NCBI RefSeq assembly: GCF_006345805.1
Contig: NC_043000.1
Coordinates: 106,268,001 to 106,332,000 of the forward strand
DNA length: 64,000 bases
Source of the DNA: Octopus sinensis
Taxonomy: Eukaryota
Direction of reading: 5' to 3'
Notes under the pieces: model-generated
What the model was told of the DNA's origin: nothing
Databases searched by the model: none
What the model saw: only the letters and a program-made list of their open reading frames with translations
Translations under genes and position numbers: made by a program
In this document: positions 1-13,839 of the stretch, one piece after another
How positions within the stretch are numbered: the first letter of the stretch is position 1
Layout: every line of letters starts with the position of its first letter

Positions 1-1513
1 TTTTATGTTGCTCCAGACCACTCAGTTGGCAAAAATGAGCAATCCTGCGATGGACCAGCATCCCATCCAGGTGGGGAATATACGTGTGCCATGAAACCAG
101 AAAACCAGCCCTTACGAGTCAGTATGACTCAAGAAGATAACTTACTAACTTACTTTACTTTATAACTTCCTCCACCACCTTTTCTGATCCACTGCTCATA
201 TCATCTCTAACTCCTTGAGGGTTTTACTCTGGCATCCCATCACTACCATTTAATCTTTTTCACAGATACTCTCACCAACCCTTATATAAATGCAGAGTAG
301 CTATCTATCTTCTTTATAGCAAGATACCTCTGTTTGCCCTTGGCATAAAATCTTCTCTCCAACATTTCAAATTCTCCACTCACTTAGTTAAGAGGGCTTT
401 TCCCTTTTACCCTTTTAGTGTGCGTCCAGAAGATTCTCTAGCCCTGTACCAAACAACTTATCTAGAGCAGCAGTAGTATGATAAAATTGCATCCATTTCC
501 AGCTGTAAAGTGGCTGGTGACAGGGAGGCTATCAAGTTATAAAACCACATGTAAAATGTAAAACATGATATACAACACAAGGATGGATAGCTTTCTCTGT
601 TGTTGTAATTTTGAAGGGATGCAGTGGCTGGTGAGCTGCTATGAGATATGAAAAATCCATAATAGCAAAAAAAAAAAAAAAAGAAAAAGAAAAGATAAAC
701 TGAAAATGATGAAGATACAGAGAGAAATAGTGTACATGAAAGGCAAGTACTCAAATCCTCGTGGTCCCAGCTATTGTGTGTACCTCTACAGGATGCTATT
801 ATTGTTGATGTTTTTTAGCCCCAGGTCTACTCTGACTAAGTTGACTTATAGCCAAAAACATTCCAGTCATGATGATCCTGTCTTCATTTCAAGTACAATG
901 TATCTAGGAGCACAGCATGTCCTTTCTTTAAAAAAGCAGAGAAATGCAACTTGAAAATGTTGAGCAGTTATTTCAAGTAGGGCAAGAGATCATATAGAGC
1001 TCCAACAATAAACACACATCTCATTGTCTGGCAATAAATTCATAGGCTGATTCTCAGAGTGGTAAATTCAAATGGGGTTTCCAGAAATATTGCTGTAATT
1101 CCTGGAGAGGACAAAAAGGGTAAAATGTTTAGTAGGTTAGACAGAGTAAGCTGCAGCTAGACAAGATTTAAGTGGTTTATTTAGAAATACTTGCATCATA
1201 TGAAAAGATATGGACCACCAATTTTTCAGATGTCAGACTATCATGTTGCCCCTTCTTCAGCTTACCCCAGCCAGCTGCAACATTCAAGGGTGGATTAGTT
1301 AGTCAGTGGTAAATTACTAATTGCTTCAGTAAAAACTGATACCAGTCTTAATAGCAGACAATGTTCCATCAGTTGAGATATCAGTTACAGGGAAATTGTA
1401 TTTATCTACCCCAGTGGAATTCTTCCTTCTTTTGCAGTTGTATTCATGCCAACATAAAAAAAACATAGTTGCAAACAAAAAGCAATATATATACATATAT
1501 ATATTATATATAC

Positions 1514-1567
<54 letters not shown>

Positions 1568-1598
1568 ATATATATATATAATATATATATATATATAG

Positions 1599-1706
<108 letters not shown>

Positions 1707-2500
1707 CACACATACACACACACACACACACACACATGTACATACATATACTTCCCCTAGTGCTTATAAATGGTTCCTACAAAACTATTAAAGTTATATA
1801 CATACAATAATATGTATAGAAAAATAATAGAAAATGGATTGAACAACATTTTTTTATTTTAAATCACTACAATTGTTTCAAAACATCTTTCATTTGAAGT
1901 ACATTAGTGAGATATAATTAACATGTTGTTTAATCACTGTCATCCATCAAAGGCATAAGACGCATTTCTTCAGGTGTTTGTTTTAAATAAGCCCTTCATT
2001 AAATCATTCAGAAGTGCATCTTATGCATTTGATGGATGATAGCAATTAAACAGTATGGTAATTATATCATCTAACCAATGTACTATCAGTGTTGTGTTTA
2101 AACAATTATACTGATTTTAAATGAATAATGTCATTTAATCCATTCTGTTTTCTATCTATTTATACAATTTATACAAGTACTATGAAATTCCTAATGAATA
2201 TCCAGTAGCAAGAGAATTTCCACTTCCATGATGATATCTGGTCGCCAATAACTTTACCCTAATCTTAATTAATAAGAATATGTATATATTTAGACAAAAA
2301 TTACTTACATACACACACAAACACACATACACTCACACATATAAATAAATATGTATACATGTAAAATTATATGTATTTATATATACTTCCTTACATGTGT
2401 ATATATATATATATGTATAAGGGTGAAAAGGAACACACGAGTTGATATATATGAAAAAACAAGTCAAAAATAGAAAATGCTAAAATAATTTTATAGTGAA

Positions 2501-2548
2501 CATTTCAGTACCGGTTTCGGTCATTTTGAGACCTTTTCAACTGTAACG
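2501..2548 (-). ncRNA. Type I hammerhead ribozyme, U3-A8 variant (mirror copy)
   Basis: Exact reverse complement of 2803-2850. Confidence 0.7.
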
Positions 2549-2802
2549 ATTATATAATTAAATTTAGAAAAATTAGAAGAAAAGTTTTTTTAAAAGAATA
2601 TTTCTATAGTAGTGTTCAGATTTAAGTGGCATTCTGCCTTTCTCTGACTCCCTTGTTTGCACTTGTGTGCAACGACCTCCGACACACAAGTGCAAACAAG
2701 GGAGTCAGAGAAAGGCAGAATGCCACTTAAATCTGAACACTACTATAGAAATATTCTTTTAAAAAAACTTTTCTTCTAATTTTTCTAAATTAATTATTTA
2801 AT

Positions 2803-2850
2803 CGTTACAGTTGAAAAGGTCTCAAAATGACCGAAACCGGTACTGAAATG
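2803..2850 (+). ncRNA. Type I hammerhead ribozyme, U3-A8 core variant
   Basis: cgttacag-TTGAAAA-ggtc(tcaaaat)gacc-GAAA-ccgg-TA-ctgaaatg: stem I 7/8 pairs, 4-bp stem II, palindromic ACCGGT stem III, GUA cleavage triplet. Confidence 0.7.
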
Positions 2851-2894
2851 TTCACTATAAAATTATTTTAGCATTTTCTATTTTTGACTTGTTT

Positions 2895-2936
<42 letters not shown>

Positions 2937-4084
2937 CACACATACAAACATCCAACATCAGTATGCTATGTGGTAATCATTACAAAGATGGTACATAATC
3001 ACCTTATATACCGGATCATCAGAGGAAAATTGTAATTTACTCTATTGCTGATGTATACATAAGTGTGTGTGTGTATGTGTAGGTATACTGCTAAGCATTT
3101 CGTCTGGCATGCTAAAGTTTCTGCCAGCTCACTGCCTTTTATGTGTGTATTCTGAACAAAAAAAATATACAAGTGAACTTTCTCTGTGACTTAGTTCTTA
3201 AAGAGATGCATGGCTTAACATTTAGAGTATTTGGCTCATGATCATAAAGTCATAAGTTCAATTCTCAGTGTCTTTGAGCCAAACACTTTATTTCAAATTG
3301 CTCCAGTTCACTCAGCTGGCAAAAATGAGTAGAACCTGTATTTCAAAAGTCCAGCCTTGTCTTATCTTGTGTCACACTGAATCTCCCTGACAACTATGTT
3401 AAGGGTAGCAGGCTGTTCTTTTGATTGGATCAACTGAAATCCTCATCATTGAAACAGACAGAGTGTCATTTAAACATTTTTGCCAGTAGCTTGAGACTTC
3501 TTGTAATATAGTAAATTTATGAACCAATCTCTTAAAGCAGACAACCTGACTGCACTGAAAGTCAATCTCTTTCTTCCTATCTTTTTATATCACCGATTAA
3601 ATGAATGTTAAATTGTTTTCTTTTGCTGCTATATAGAACATTCTGATGAATATACTCACAGTTCACTGTTTGTATCTGCCAAGCAACTAACATCAGTAAC
3701 CAACAACGGAGTAAAATATGATTTTCTTCTGATGCTTTGGCATACAGAATGATTATGCAACAATTCTGCAATGATTAACACATAGCACACTAGTATACAC
3801 TTAGTGAAGTATGTGTAAAGCTGACATGATAATTTTTTTTTTTTTTACAACTGAATCTAGTTTTATTCTTATCTAGGATATACACTCTATGATCTATTCA
3901 AATGCATATTATACCAAACAAATATTGGAGAACAGTATTTAATACCTGATTGAAAGTTGGACATAAATGGATTTACATGGCATTCTAAGCAAACATTAAC
4001 TAATACATGTCTTCATTTGCAATAGCAACTTTTCAAGACATACATATGTGTGTATGTGTGAGTGTGTGTGTATAAATATATATA

Positions 4085-4201
<117 letters not shown>

Positions 4202-4559
4202 TGCCTCATAGTTTAAAAAGAAAAGCCCACATATCTCATCATCATCATCATTGTTCGACCGTGGTCGAGATAATGGAATTTACTATGTTACGCCAGACTT
4301 CACGGTCCATCATAGCATTACGGAGGTCCTGTTGCTGGATGCCTGTATCCCTGGAGATTACATCAGGGTAGGAGAGTGTGCGCCCTCTGGTATTGCGAGT
4401 AGATGGCTTCCAGAGGAGAAGAGTAGAAATTACTTCTTTTTCAGCTCTACAACAATGTCCAGCACATATCTAGTCATTTATGGTTCAAACTATATGTAAG
4501 TAGAATGAATTTGTTTACTTTTTTGAACAATGTAAATTTAGCACCATCCAAATGTGACC

Positions 4560-4786
4560 AATGCCAGTGCCACCAGACTGGCTCTAGTGCCAGTGACATG
4601 TAAAAAGCACCACTACACTCTCAGAGTGGTTGGCATTAGGAAGGACAACCAGCTGTAGAAACATTGCCAGAGCAGATTGGAACCTGGTGCACCTCCTGGC
4701 TTGCCAGTCCCCAGTCAAACCATCCAACCCATGCCAGCATGGAAAACAGACGTTAAACGATGATGATGTCGATGATGATGATGATG
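4560..4786 (+). mobile_element. RTE-type LINE 3' tail / SINE fragment ending in (GAT)n
   Basis: Matches the 3' end of the RTE at 12780-12975 (TAAAAAGCAC...GGTTGGCATTAGGAAGG...CAGCATGGAAAAC..ACGTTAAACGATGATG). Confidence 0.75.
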
Positions 4787-5878
4787 AACACCACGAAAAT
4801 AACACCACACATGTCATTAAATTTAAAAACATTTAAAGCATATAATTTTTCCGACAAAATGGAATGTATGCATTGAAGAGCTTGAAGCACTAATATTTGG
4901 CTGGGTCCTAGAAATTTCTCAAAAAAGAAATGATACAGTTTAATACTTTAGCAACCACATATATCTGGCTAATGTTGTGACATTATATATCTTTCTTGTA
5001 TTTTAAGAGAGGACTTGTAGATGTGCAGTCTGTCTTGAAAGGGCTTTCCATTGCTCCAGCATATCACTGACCCTGCTGTGACTTACATGAGCCCTTCAAG
5101 AGAATAACACGAAGTATTCAGATTTTTGAATATATGTTGTTTGTGCATGAAATATTTAATCTTGTTTAATATCTGTTGATGCCAATGGCTAATGTATTAT
5201 ACTAGAATTAGCCTAGCTATATCAGCTAGGTCCTGGATTGGGTCTTCTTTAATTAGTAATTGCTGTCAAGTTCTTTCCATGGAAAGAAGAGATAGGGGTA
5301 CTTAACCTCTGAAGCATACCAGGATAATCTCCTTGTTTTTCTATGTTTAAAGACAATAATAAGATATAAATACATGTTATTCTCTGGCATTATAAATTTG
5401 TTGGTAATAACATTAAACCAGTTCTTTCTCTATTGGGAAGGAATCTTGAAATAAACTGAATAATGACATACATACATTTAATAATTTAGATGAAGGAAAT
5501 GGAAAATAGTTGTAACATGTCAGGCATGATTCATATGCTATGTTAGTTGTAAAGTGTAAAGCTGTGTTAACCATTACACCAAAGCAATGTCACAACCCTT
5601 GTCTGCCTAAATTAACACTTACAATGATACATTAGTGACCTGTGAATAGAGATCTCAGTATATATGGTATTCAAGGTATAGGATTACATATTTAATAATA
5701 TAAATATAGAAGATGGAAAATAGATACACATACATACATACATACATACATACATACATACATACATACATACACACATACTTACATACATACATACATA
5801 CATACGTACATACATACATACATACATCCACACACACACACATACTTACATACATGCATACATACATACATACATACA

Positions 5879-5912
<34 letters not shown>

Positions 5913-6867
5913 CATAAAGTACCTTCTTTAGATATGGTCACATTGAGCAGTCATCCAGGGGGCCTCATGGGTCTAGGGGTTCAATTCTGATCCATGTATG
6001 CTGTTGCTTGCTATCAATGAATAAATACCATAGTGACTTGCCTGAGGGTCCTATGAAGCTGTGAAGTCCTGCATGCACAGACACAGACACAGACACACAC
6101 ACACACACACACACACACAACACACACACACACACACACACACTCACACATTTTTTCCTCCATAACAAATTGCAGTGAAAGACCTTAATAGGTTCAGATA
6201 CCTTTCAAACTTATTTCAAATGGTCTTGAGTTTGTATTCTCTCCTTCACTGCTTCATGCACCAACTCAATAGATTCTGACATAATCTTCTTATGTAAGCA
6301 CAAGTTTTATTCCACATTTGCCCATTACATAAAGCTTTTATGATTTCTCATAATTGTGGTTAAGCCCTTACTTATTACTTAGTTATGCTAGCAGCATTTT
6401 ATTTCTCTATTCTCCTTGTACCATTTCCTTCTTATCTCAGCAAACCTTCCACCCCTGTTGCCCCCACTTCTGTGCCTTTCCTTCATTACTTATCTCTTCC
6501 TGTCTCTGCCTGGTAAGCTTCCATTTGAAACTGATTTATTGTCTGTTTAGTGAGACTCCCTTGACCACTAGTGACATTTCCTCTCACCACACTGACCTTA
6601 ACTTTACCCCTCCCCTCCTTTCTCTGTTTCGTCTATTCTACTTCTGCTCATTTCCCACTATGTCAGAAATCCTTCTCCCTCTCCTTGCCTTTTGATCTTA
6701 TTCTACTTCCTTTCACTCTACAAACATTTAAATCTCTGGTACAACTATATGAACTACTGTTACCAACCTTCTCTTGATGAGGGGAGCCAAACTTACTATA
6801 TCTCCATGTGACTACTTACTGGTTGCATACCCTGGGTTTTTGGTAAATTTCATCAGCAAATTCCATA

Positions 6868-7121
6868 GGCGTAGGAGTGGCTGTGTGGTAAGTAGCTTGC
6901 TTACAAACCACATGGTTCCAGGTTCAGAGGATTTGGTAGACGGAAATTGAAAGAACCCCTTCGTATATATCATCATCATCATCATCATCATCGTTTAGCG
7001 TCCGTTTTCCATGCTAGCATGGGTTGGACGGTTCTACTGGGGGTCTGTGAAGCCAGAAGGCTTCATCAGGCCCAGTCAAATCTGGCAGTGTTTCTACGGC
7101 TGGATGCCCTTCCTATGTGTG

Positions 7122-7154
<33 letters not shown>

Positions 7155-7350
7155 CTGTGTTTGTCCCTCAACATCACTTGACAACCGATGCTAGTGTGTT
7201 TATGTCCCCGTAACTTAGCAGTTTGGCAAAAGAGACTGATAGAATAAGTACTAGGCTTACAAAGAATAAGTCCTGGGATTGGTCGATTTGCTCGACTAAA
7301 GGGGTGCTCCTGCATGGCCACAGTCAAATGACTGCAACAAGTAAAAGAAT
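6868..7350 (+). mobile_element. tRNA-derived SINE with an antisense RTE 3'-tail fragment nested at ~6968-7115
   Basis: A-box-like TGGCTGTGTGG and B-box-like GGTTCA head, (TG)n middle, GACTGCAACAAGTAAAAG tail. Related copies at ~28080-28400, 30675-30910, 34865-35220, 48900-49060 and 50175-50330. Confidence 0.7.
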
Positions 7351-7532
7351 AAAATAATAAAAGAATAAATCATGAATATTATGATTATTGCGTAACTCCA
7401 AGTTAAAAAATTATGTATTTTCTTCTTACTATTCTGAACTTTTTATACTCTATGTAAATATATTTGTGTGTGTGTGTGTGTGTGTATGTGCCTGTGAGCA
7501 TGTGAGTGTTCTTCTTTCTGAGTATATGTATA

Positions 7533-7564
<32 letters not shown>

Positions 7565-7738
7565 TTACACACACACAGACATACAGGTAATATATAAATA
7601 CACACATATGTGCAGCAAAAGATAATATCAGTATATGTACATATGCATACATAATCATATGCACACATATAAAACACAGACACACCTACAAACACATCTG
7701 AATAAATGTATGTCCATATACATGTGTGTATTTGTGTA

Positions 7739-7790
<52 letters not shown>

Positions 7791-8571
7791 CATATCTATG
7801 GGTGCTTTAGCATCTTTGCTTACTAGATTATATTACCATAGTCACAGCAAGTTGTACAGAGATCTAACGGAAGTTCTTCCAAATCTTTCTATGTCATTAA
7901 AAAAACAGAACAGAGAGTGATAACACACCTGCTTCTCACCAGGTTTGAACCTGCATGGCTTCTGTTTAATCCTAAACAAATACATTTTTTGTTTGTTTAT
8001 TTAGTTAATGTTTATCTTTATAATCAATTTCAGTTGGTTGTACTTACTGACCTCGTTTAAGTAGTATGATAAAAGATTTTTTGAAATGTTGCAACCATAC
8101 AGCTAACAATAGACAAGAGCAACAACTATAATGGACATAACAGTAAACAGAATTGACGACAATAACAATAAGAGCAACAATAAAAATAACAACAACAACA
8201 GTAACCACAACAAAAGCATGAACAACAAAAAAGTTATCAAAGATGACACTTTGAGAAAAAAACTAATTAAAAAAAACTATTATACCAGCAATACCTTGAA
8301 ACAACACCAACAACAATACTATCTACTTACAAAATAAAAAAAAAAATAAACAAAACAAACATTGGCAACTGCAGCAACATCAATAACAACAGAAAGAAAA
8401 ACATCAGCAATTTTCCAAAAACAATAAGAATTCTTCAACCACCAGTCAACTAATACTCACGTGTGAGCATATAGATATACAGGTGTGTGTGTGTCTATAT
8501 ATACATATATATATATATACACATATATATATGAATATATATATATGTATATATCTATGTATGTGTGTGTA

Positions 8572-9490
8572 TTACTGTCTCCAAAAAAGATTTTTCGTTT
8601 CATGTTCGTCTCTGTTGCGTTGCATTCTTTCCTTCTGTGGCTGGCTGATTCAGAGCGGATCTCAGAATTAAACAGCCGAAATCTGCGATGAGGGATCAGT
8701 TTCTGACTGAAGAATGAAGGCTTTGAATGACCCGTTTGTCTTTTTGTTCGTCCCTTCGTGTATTTCATGTTATTTATTTATGTAAAGGTTTATTATATAT
8801 TTCGCAGCGTACGTGCATAATAACTTCTTTATATTTATCATATCAAAACCCCTGCACGATGTCTTTAAACAATTTTCTTTCCTTCGCCATTGCTTCGTTG
8901 CCAAATTGTTTGGGCGCCTTTTTCTCCCAGCCTCTCTGATTCCTTCTCTCCCTCTCTCTCTTGGTCACTGCTTCTTCTCTGATTCCTTCTCTCCCTCTCT
9001 CTCTCGGTCACTGCTTCTGTCCTCGCCTTCCACCCTCCTTGGTCCCCTCTCTCTCTTACCCCCTTCTCTCTCTTACCCTCTTGCGATTTGCTGCCTCAGC
9101 CATTCTGTTTCCATCGGCCGCTTGTTCAACATGTCTCTTATCACCGAAAAGGTAATTATTTTTCCACGCTTGCTGATATTGTTTTTGTGTCTCTCTTTTT
9201 GTCTCAAAGCCGTAGGGCGCCTGTGTTATCCGTGTTTTTAACCGTTACTGTCTCCAAAAAAGATTTTTCGTTTCATGTTCGTCTCTGTTGCGTTGCATTC
9301 TTTCCTTCTGTGGCTGGCTGATTCAGAGCGGATCTCAGAATTAAACAGCCTTCTCCTATGTTTCCGACGAAGAGCTCCGCTCGAAACGTTAAACCTTCCT
9401 TCTTCCCTTCTTTCCTGAGCGTCCAATAATACTATATTTGTTCCACGTCCTCGCGTTGTTGTGTTTTTTTGTGTTTTCTTGTTTGGATTA

Positions 9491-9494
<4 letters not shown>
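8572..9494 (+). mobile_element. Composite PLE-pLTR-like element between TA microsatellites, with a ~100-bp internal direct repeat
   Basis: 8572-8686 is repeated at 9246-9350. 8685-8760 matches the reverse complement of 58255-58370. An HHR-like motif lies at 9360-9394. Confidence 0.55.
9360..9394 (+). ncRNA. Minimal hammerhead-like motif (U4C, extra A after A9)
   Basis: gttt-CCGACGA-A-gagc(tcc)gctc-GAAA-cg-TT-aaac, with palindromic AACGTT stem III. Same family as 16352-16389. Confidence 0.55.
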
Positions 9495-9924
<430 letters not shown>

Positions 9925-9938
9925 ATATATATATAATA

Positions 9939-9997
<59 letters not shown>

Positions 9998-10099
9998 TGT
10001 ATGTATGTATGTATGTATATTTATATCTGTAGCATCAGTAATGCTTACATCCCCTAGGATCATAACGCTTATAATTACAATGCCCAAAACACTTTCATA

Positions 10100-12975
10100 T
10101 ACAATGCTTCCTTACTCCCCCCACCCCCCGTAGAGGCAATAACCTTAACAAGTCTAACATGTTTGAATGATAGGTTAAAAGCAAGAACAACTATTATGAT
10201 GCCTGTGACCAAAGGATCACGGATCTTGAATAGAGACAAGTTGATGTATGTTGTGTACAAGAGGTAAGATGGAGAGGAGCTTCAGCCAGAGTCCTCACAG
10301 GCAAAGCACATAGGTATAAACTCTTCTGAGAAGGTAACAGTGATGGAATAGGGGGTGTGGGCATACTTCTTGCAGAGAAATGGGTGGATAAGGTCATAGA
10401 GGTCGTGAGGGTGTGTGATAGAGTACTTAAACTCAGGCTAGTCTTGCAGAATGGTAAAGCTACAATTATCTCTGCCTACGCCCCACAAGCGGGCCTACCA
10501 AATGAGCACTTTTATGATATTCTTCTGCAGGCTACCTTAAAGACGAGTGACAATGATCTCATCTTTGTGGCTGGAGATTTTATTGGGCATGTCGGACAGC
10601 AATCTGGTATCTTCCATGGTGTACATGAGAGCCTGGAAGAGTGGGGGTAGCAGGAAAATGTATCAGATAGCCAAAAGGAAGCTAAAATCCAGGTATATAT
10701 AGTCAAGAGAGTAGCAGAAAAGAAGTTTGCCAATGTTCAGCGAAATGAGGACCAAAGAACTGAAGTATTTCGGATTGCAAGCCTGTGTGAGAAGCAACCA
10801 CGATGTCATAGGAGAGAAATGTCTCCGCATAGATGATGGTGCCCTTGTGTTTAATGATTCTACAAAGAAAGAGACTTGGAGATGCCATTATGAAAGACTG
10901 CTGAATGTGGAGAATGAAAGGTTAACCCAATTGAGCGACCAGCTATCCGAATTGACAGTATCCAGGTAGATGAAGCAATTAAGGATACGAAGACAGGGAA
11001 AGCACCTGGCCCATCAGGAATCACCGCTGGGATGCTTAAAATATCGGGCGATGTGGGTTATGGTCTTGTCACCTGCATCGTAAATCAGGTAGTTCATGAA
11101 GGAGTCATACCCAATGACTGGTGTAGCAGCACCATAGTCAACTGCTACAAGTGGAAAAGTGATGCTTTAGATAGAAATAAATACAGGGGTATCAAATTAT
11201 TGGATCAGGTAATGAAAGTTACAGTGAGTATCACAGCCCAACTAATTAGGGATAGAGTTTGTCTAGATGAGATGCAGTTTGGTTTTTTGCCAGGCAGAAG
11301 CACCACTGATGTTATATTTCTGGTAAGGCAACTACAAGAGAAATACATAGCCAAAGATAAACCTCTGTACTTGGCTTTTGGTGACTTCGAGAAAGTCTTT
11401 GATAGGGTTCCTTGATCCCTTATCTGGTGATCAATGCGGAAACTGGGGATAGACGAGTGGTTGGTTAGAGCTGTACAAGCCTGGTACAGGGATGCTATCA
11501 GTAAGGTGAGGGTTGGCAACGAGTTTAGTGAAGAATTCTGAGTAGAAGTAGGGGTTCACCAAGGATCAGTCCTCAGCTCCCTCTTATTCATTATAGTCCT
11601 CCAAGCAATAACAGGAATTCAAGACAGGCTGCCCCTGGGAGCTCCTCTATGCTGATGACCTTGCTCTAATAGCTGTGTCACTGCCAGAAATGGAGACAAA
11701 GTTTAGGGTGAGGAAGCAAGGTCTTAAAAGCCAATCGAAGAGCCTGAAAGCCAATTGAAGGGCCTTAAAGCCAATCTAGCAAAAACCGAAGTCTTAGTAA
11801 GTAGCAAGGCTGTCAAATCACAATCCCCTTCAGGTAGATGGCCCTGCTCCATGTGTAGAAAAGGCCTGGAATAAACTATGGACGCATAAAAGGTACAGCA
11901 ATATCAAAGGAAGGCTAACCAGGAAAATAGTTTTTGTGTGGCAGATACAATGGGGCAATAAACACTGAAGATGTACAGAAAATAGATTCCGTCACATGCC
12001 AGTGGGAGAAACTAGAAGTAGTTAATAGCTTCCATTACCAAGTCTGTTGCGGGGTGGTTGCTCCGAGAGTGTAGCGACTAGAGTAAGAATAGCCTGGGCA
12101 ATGTTCAGGGAGCTCCTACCTCTGCTGGCACTAAGGACCACTCGCTCGGGGTGAAAGGTAGACTGTATGATACATGTGTGCAAACTGCCATGCTACGCGG
12201 CTGTGAAACATGGGCCATGAATGCAGAGGACATGCGTAGGCTTGAAAGAAATGAAGCTAGTATGATCCGTTGGATATGTAATGTCAGTGTGCATACATGA
12301 CAGAGTGTAAGTGCTCTGAGAGAAAAACTGGCCATAAGAAGCATCAAATGTGGTATGAAAGAGAGACGACTGCGCTGGTATGGTCATGTGTAACGTATGA
12401 ATGAAGATAGCTGTGTGAGAAAGGGCCACTCCCTAACTGTAGAAGGAACTTGTGGAAGAGGTAGACCCAGGAAGACATGGGACGAAGTGGTGAAGCATGA
12501 CCTTCGAACATTGGGCCTCACAGAGGCAATGATGGGAGACTGGGACCTTTGGAGATATGCTGTGATTGAGAAGAGCCGGCAACTAAAGTGAGATCGCAGC
12601 CACGCATGTCCAGCCCTGTTAAGAATACCCCTGATGCAGCGGGCGATATGATATGCTTGAGAAGACCTGTTGAATCAAGTAAAACCAATATCATAGCGGT
12701 GGCGAGTTACCCCTGACTGGCTCCCGTGCCGGTGGCACGTAAGAAGCACCATCCGAATGTGATCGATGCCAGGTCCACCTGACTGGCTCTCGTGCCGGTG
12801 ACATGTAAAAAGCAGCCACTACACTCTCGGAGTGGTTGGCGTTAGGGAGGGCATCCAGCTGCAGAAATATTGCTAGATCAGATTGGAACCTGGTGCCGCT
12901 GCTGGCTCTCCAGACCTCAGTCATACCGTCCAACCTATACCAGCATGGAAAACGGACGTTAAACGATGATGATGA
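10100..12975 (+). mobile_element. RTE-clade LINE, degenerate (APE endonuclease + RT, internal deletions, stops)
   Basis: APE motifs (ISAYAPQ, AGDF.GHVG) and RT motifs (KAPGPSG, YRGIKLL, QFGF.PGRSTTD, F.DFEK.FDRVP, GVHQGSVLS, LLYADDL), C-terminal GRGRPRKTW, and a 3' UTR ending in (GAT)n. Confidence 0.9.
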
Positions 12976-12978
12976 TAA

Positions 12979-13020
<42 letters not shown>

Positions 13021-13088
13021 GCATGTTATATATTTGTGTGTGTGTACATACATGCATATATATTTGTATGTTTGTATATATAATATAT

Positions 13089-13230
<142 letters not shown>

Positions 13231-13399
13231 AAAGAAAGTTAAAAGGTGTGAGATGAATATATTTATTTCACCAGCTGATATCTATAAGACAACAATCGTT
13301 TCACTGCCAACATCATGGAAAAAATATTTTATTTTGGTGTATATAAATTATTTTACATACCTGCACTAGTGTGTATGTTATGAATTACATAGCACTATT

Positions 13400-13772
13400 G
13401 TATTATACGCTTTACAAGCTAACACAAATATAGAAGGCTGGCTCTTCAGATCCATAGAATATCATGGATACATCCAGTTTCGACTTCAAAATTCACATAC
13501 AAAAGTTATCTTCGAAATATTAATGTATGGAAGACAATAACTAATGAAAATAAATTGTATAGAAGGAAAGAAGGAGATTTCGTAAGATATTGAACAGGAA
13601 ACAGCCTTCCTCTCTCTCATCCTAATTTTCAGTTTCATTTTATTTCTCTTGTTATTACTCTCTATATTTCGTAAACACAGGATCTGCAATCTCCTTTCTC
13701 ATTCCATTATACTTTCTATTTTTTATCTCTCTATTGTTGATACTCCTAGATTATTAATGATAACTTATCTGA

Positions 13773-13839
<67 letters not shown>

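Larger units (their letters stand above)
2445..2906. mobile_element. Palindromic (head-to-head) non-autonomous Penelope-pLTR/retrozyme-like element inserted in (TA)n
   Basis: Arms ~2445-2669 and ~2683-2906 are near-perfect reverse complements around a 13-nt spacer. Each arm carries a hammerhead fold. TA runs flank both sides. Confidence 0.75.

Noticed and set aside
6821-6860. Minus-strand CTGATGA...AAAA-ccc(a)ggg-TA hammerhead-like remnant
   Set aside because: G12 is lost, stem II does not pair and stem I is out of register; at most a decayed copy.
6868-6930. tRNA gene
   Set aside because: Only a SINE head with A/B-box-like motifs; no complete cloverleaf.
13440-13487. Apparent type II-topology hammerhead (GAAA...GTA-hairpin-CTGAAGA) on the minus strand
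   Set aside because: Stem II is mismatched and an extra nucleotide precedes the core; better read as decayed pLTR HHR pieces.
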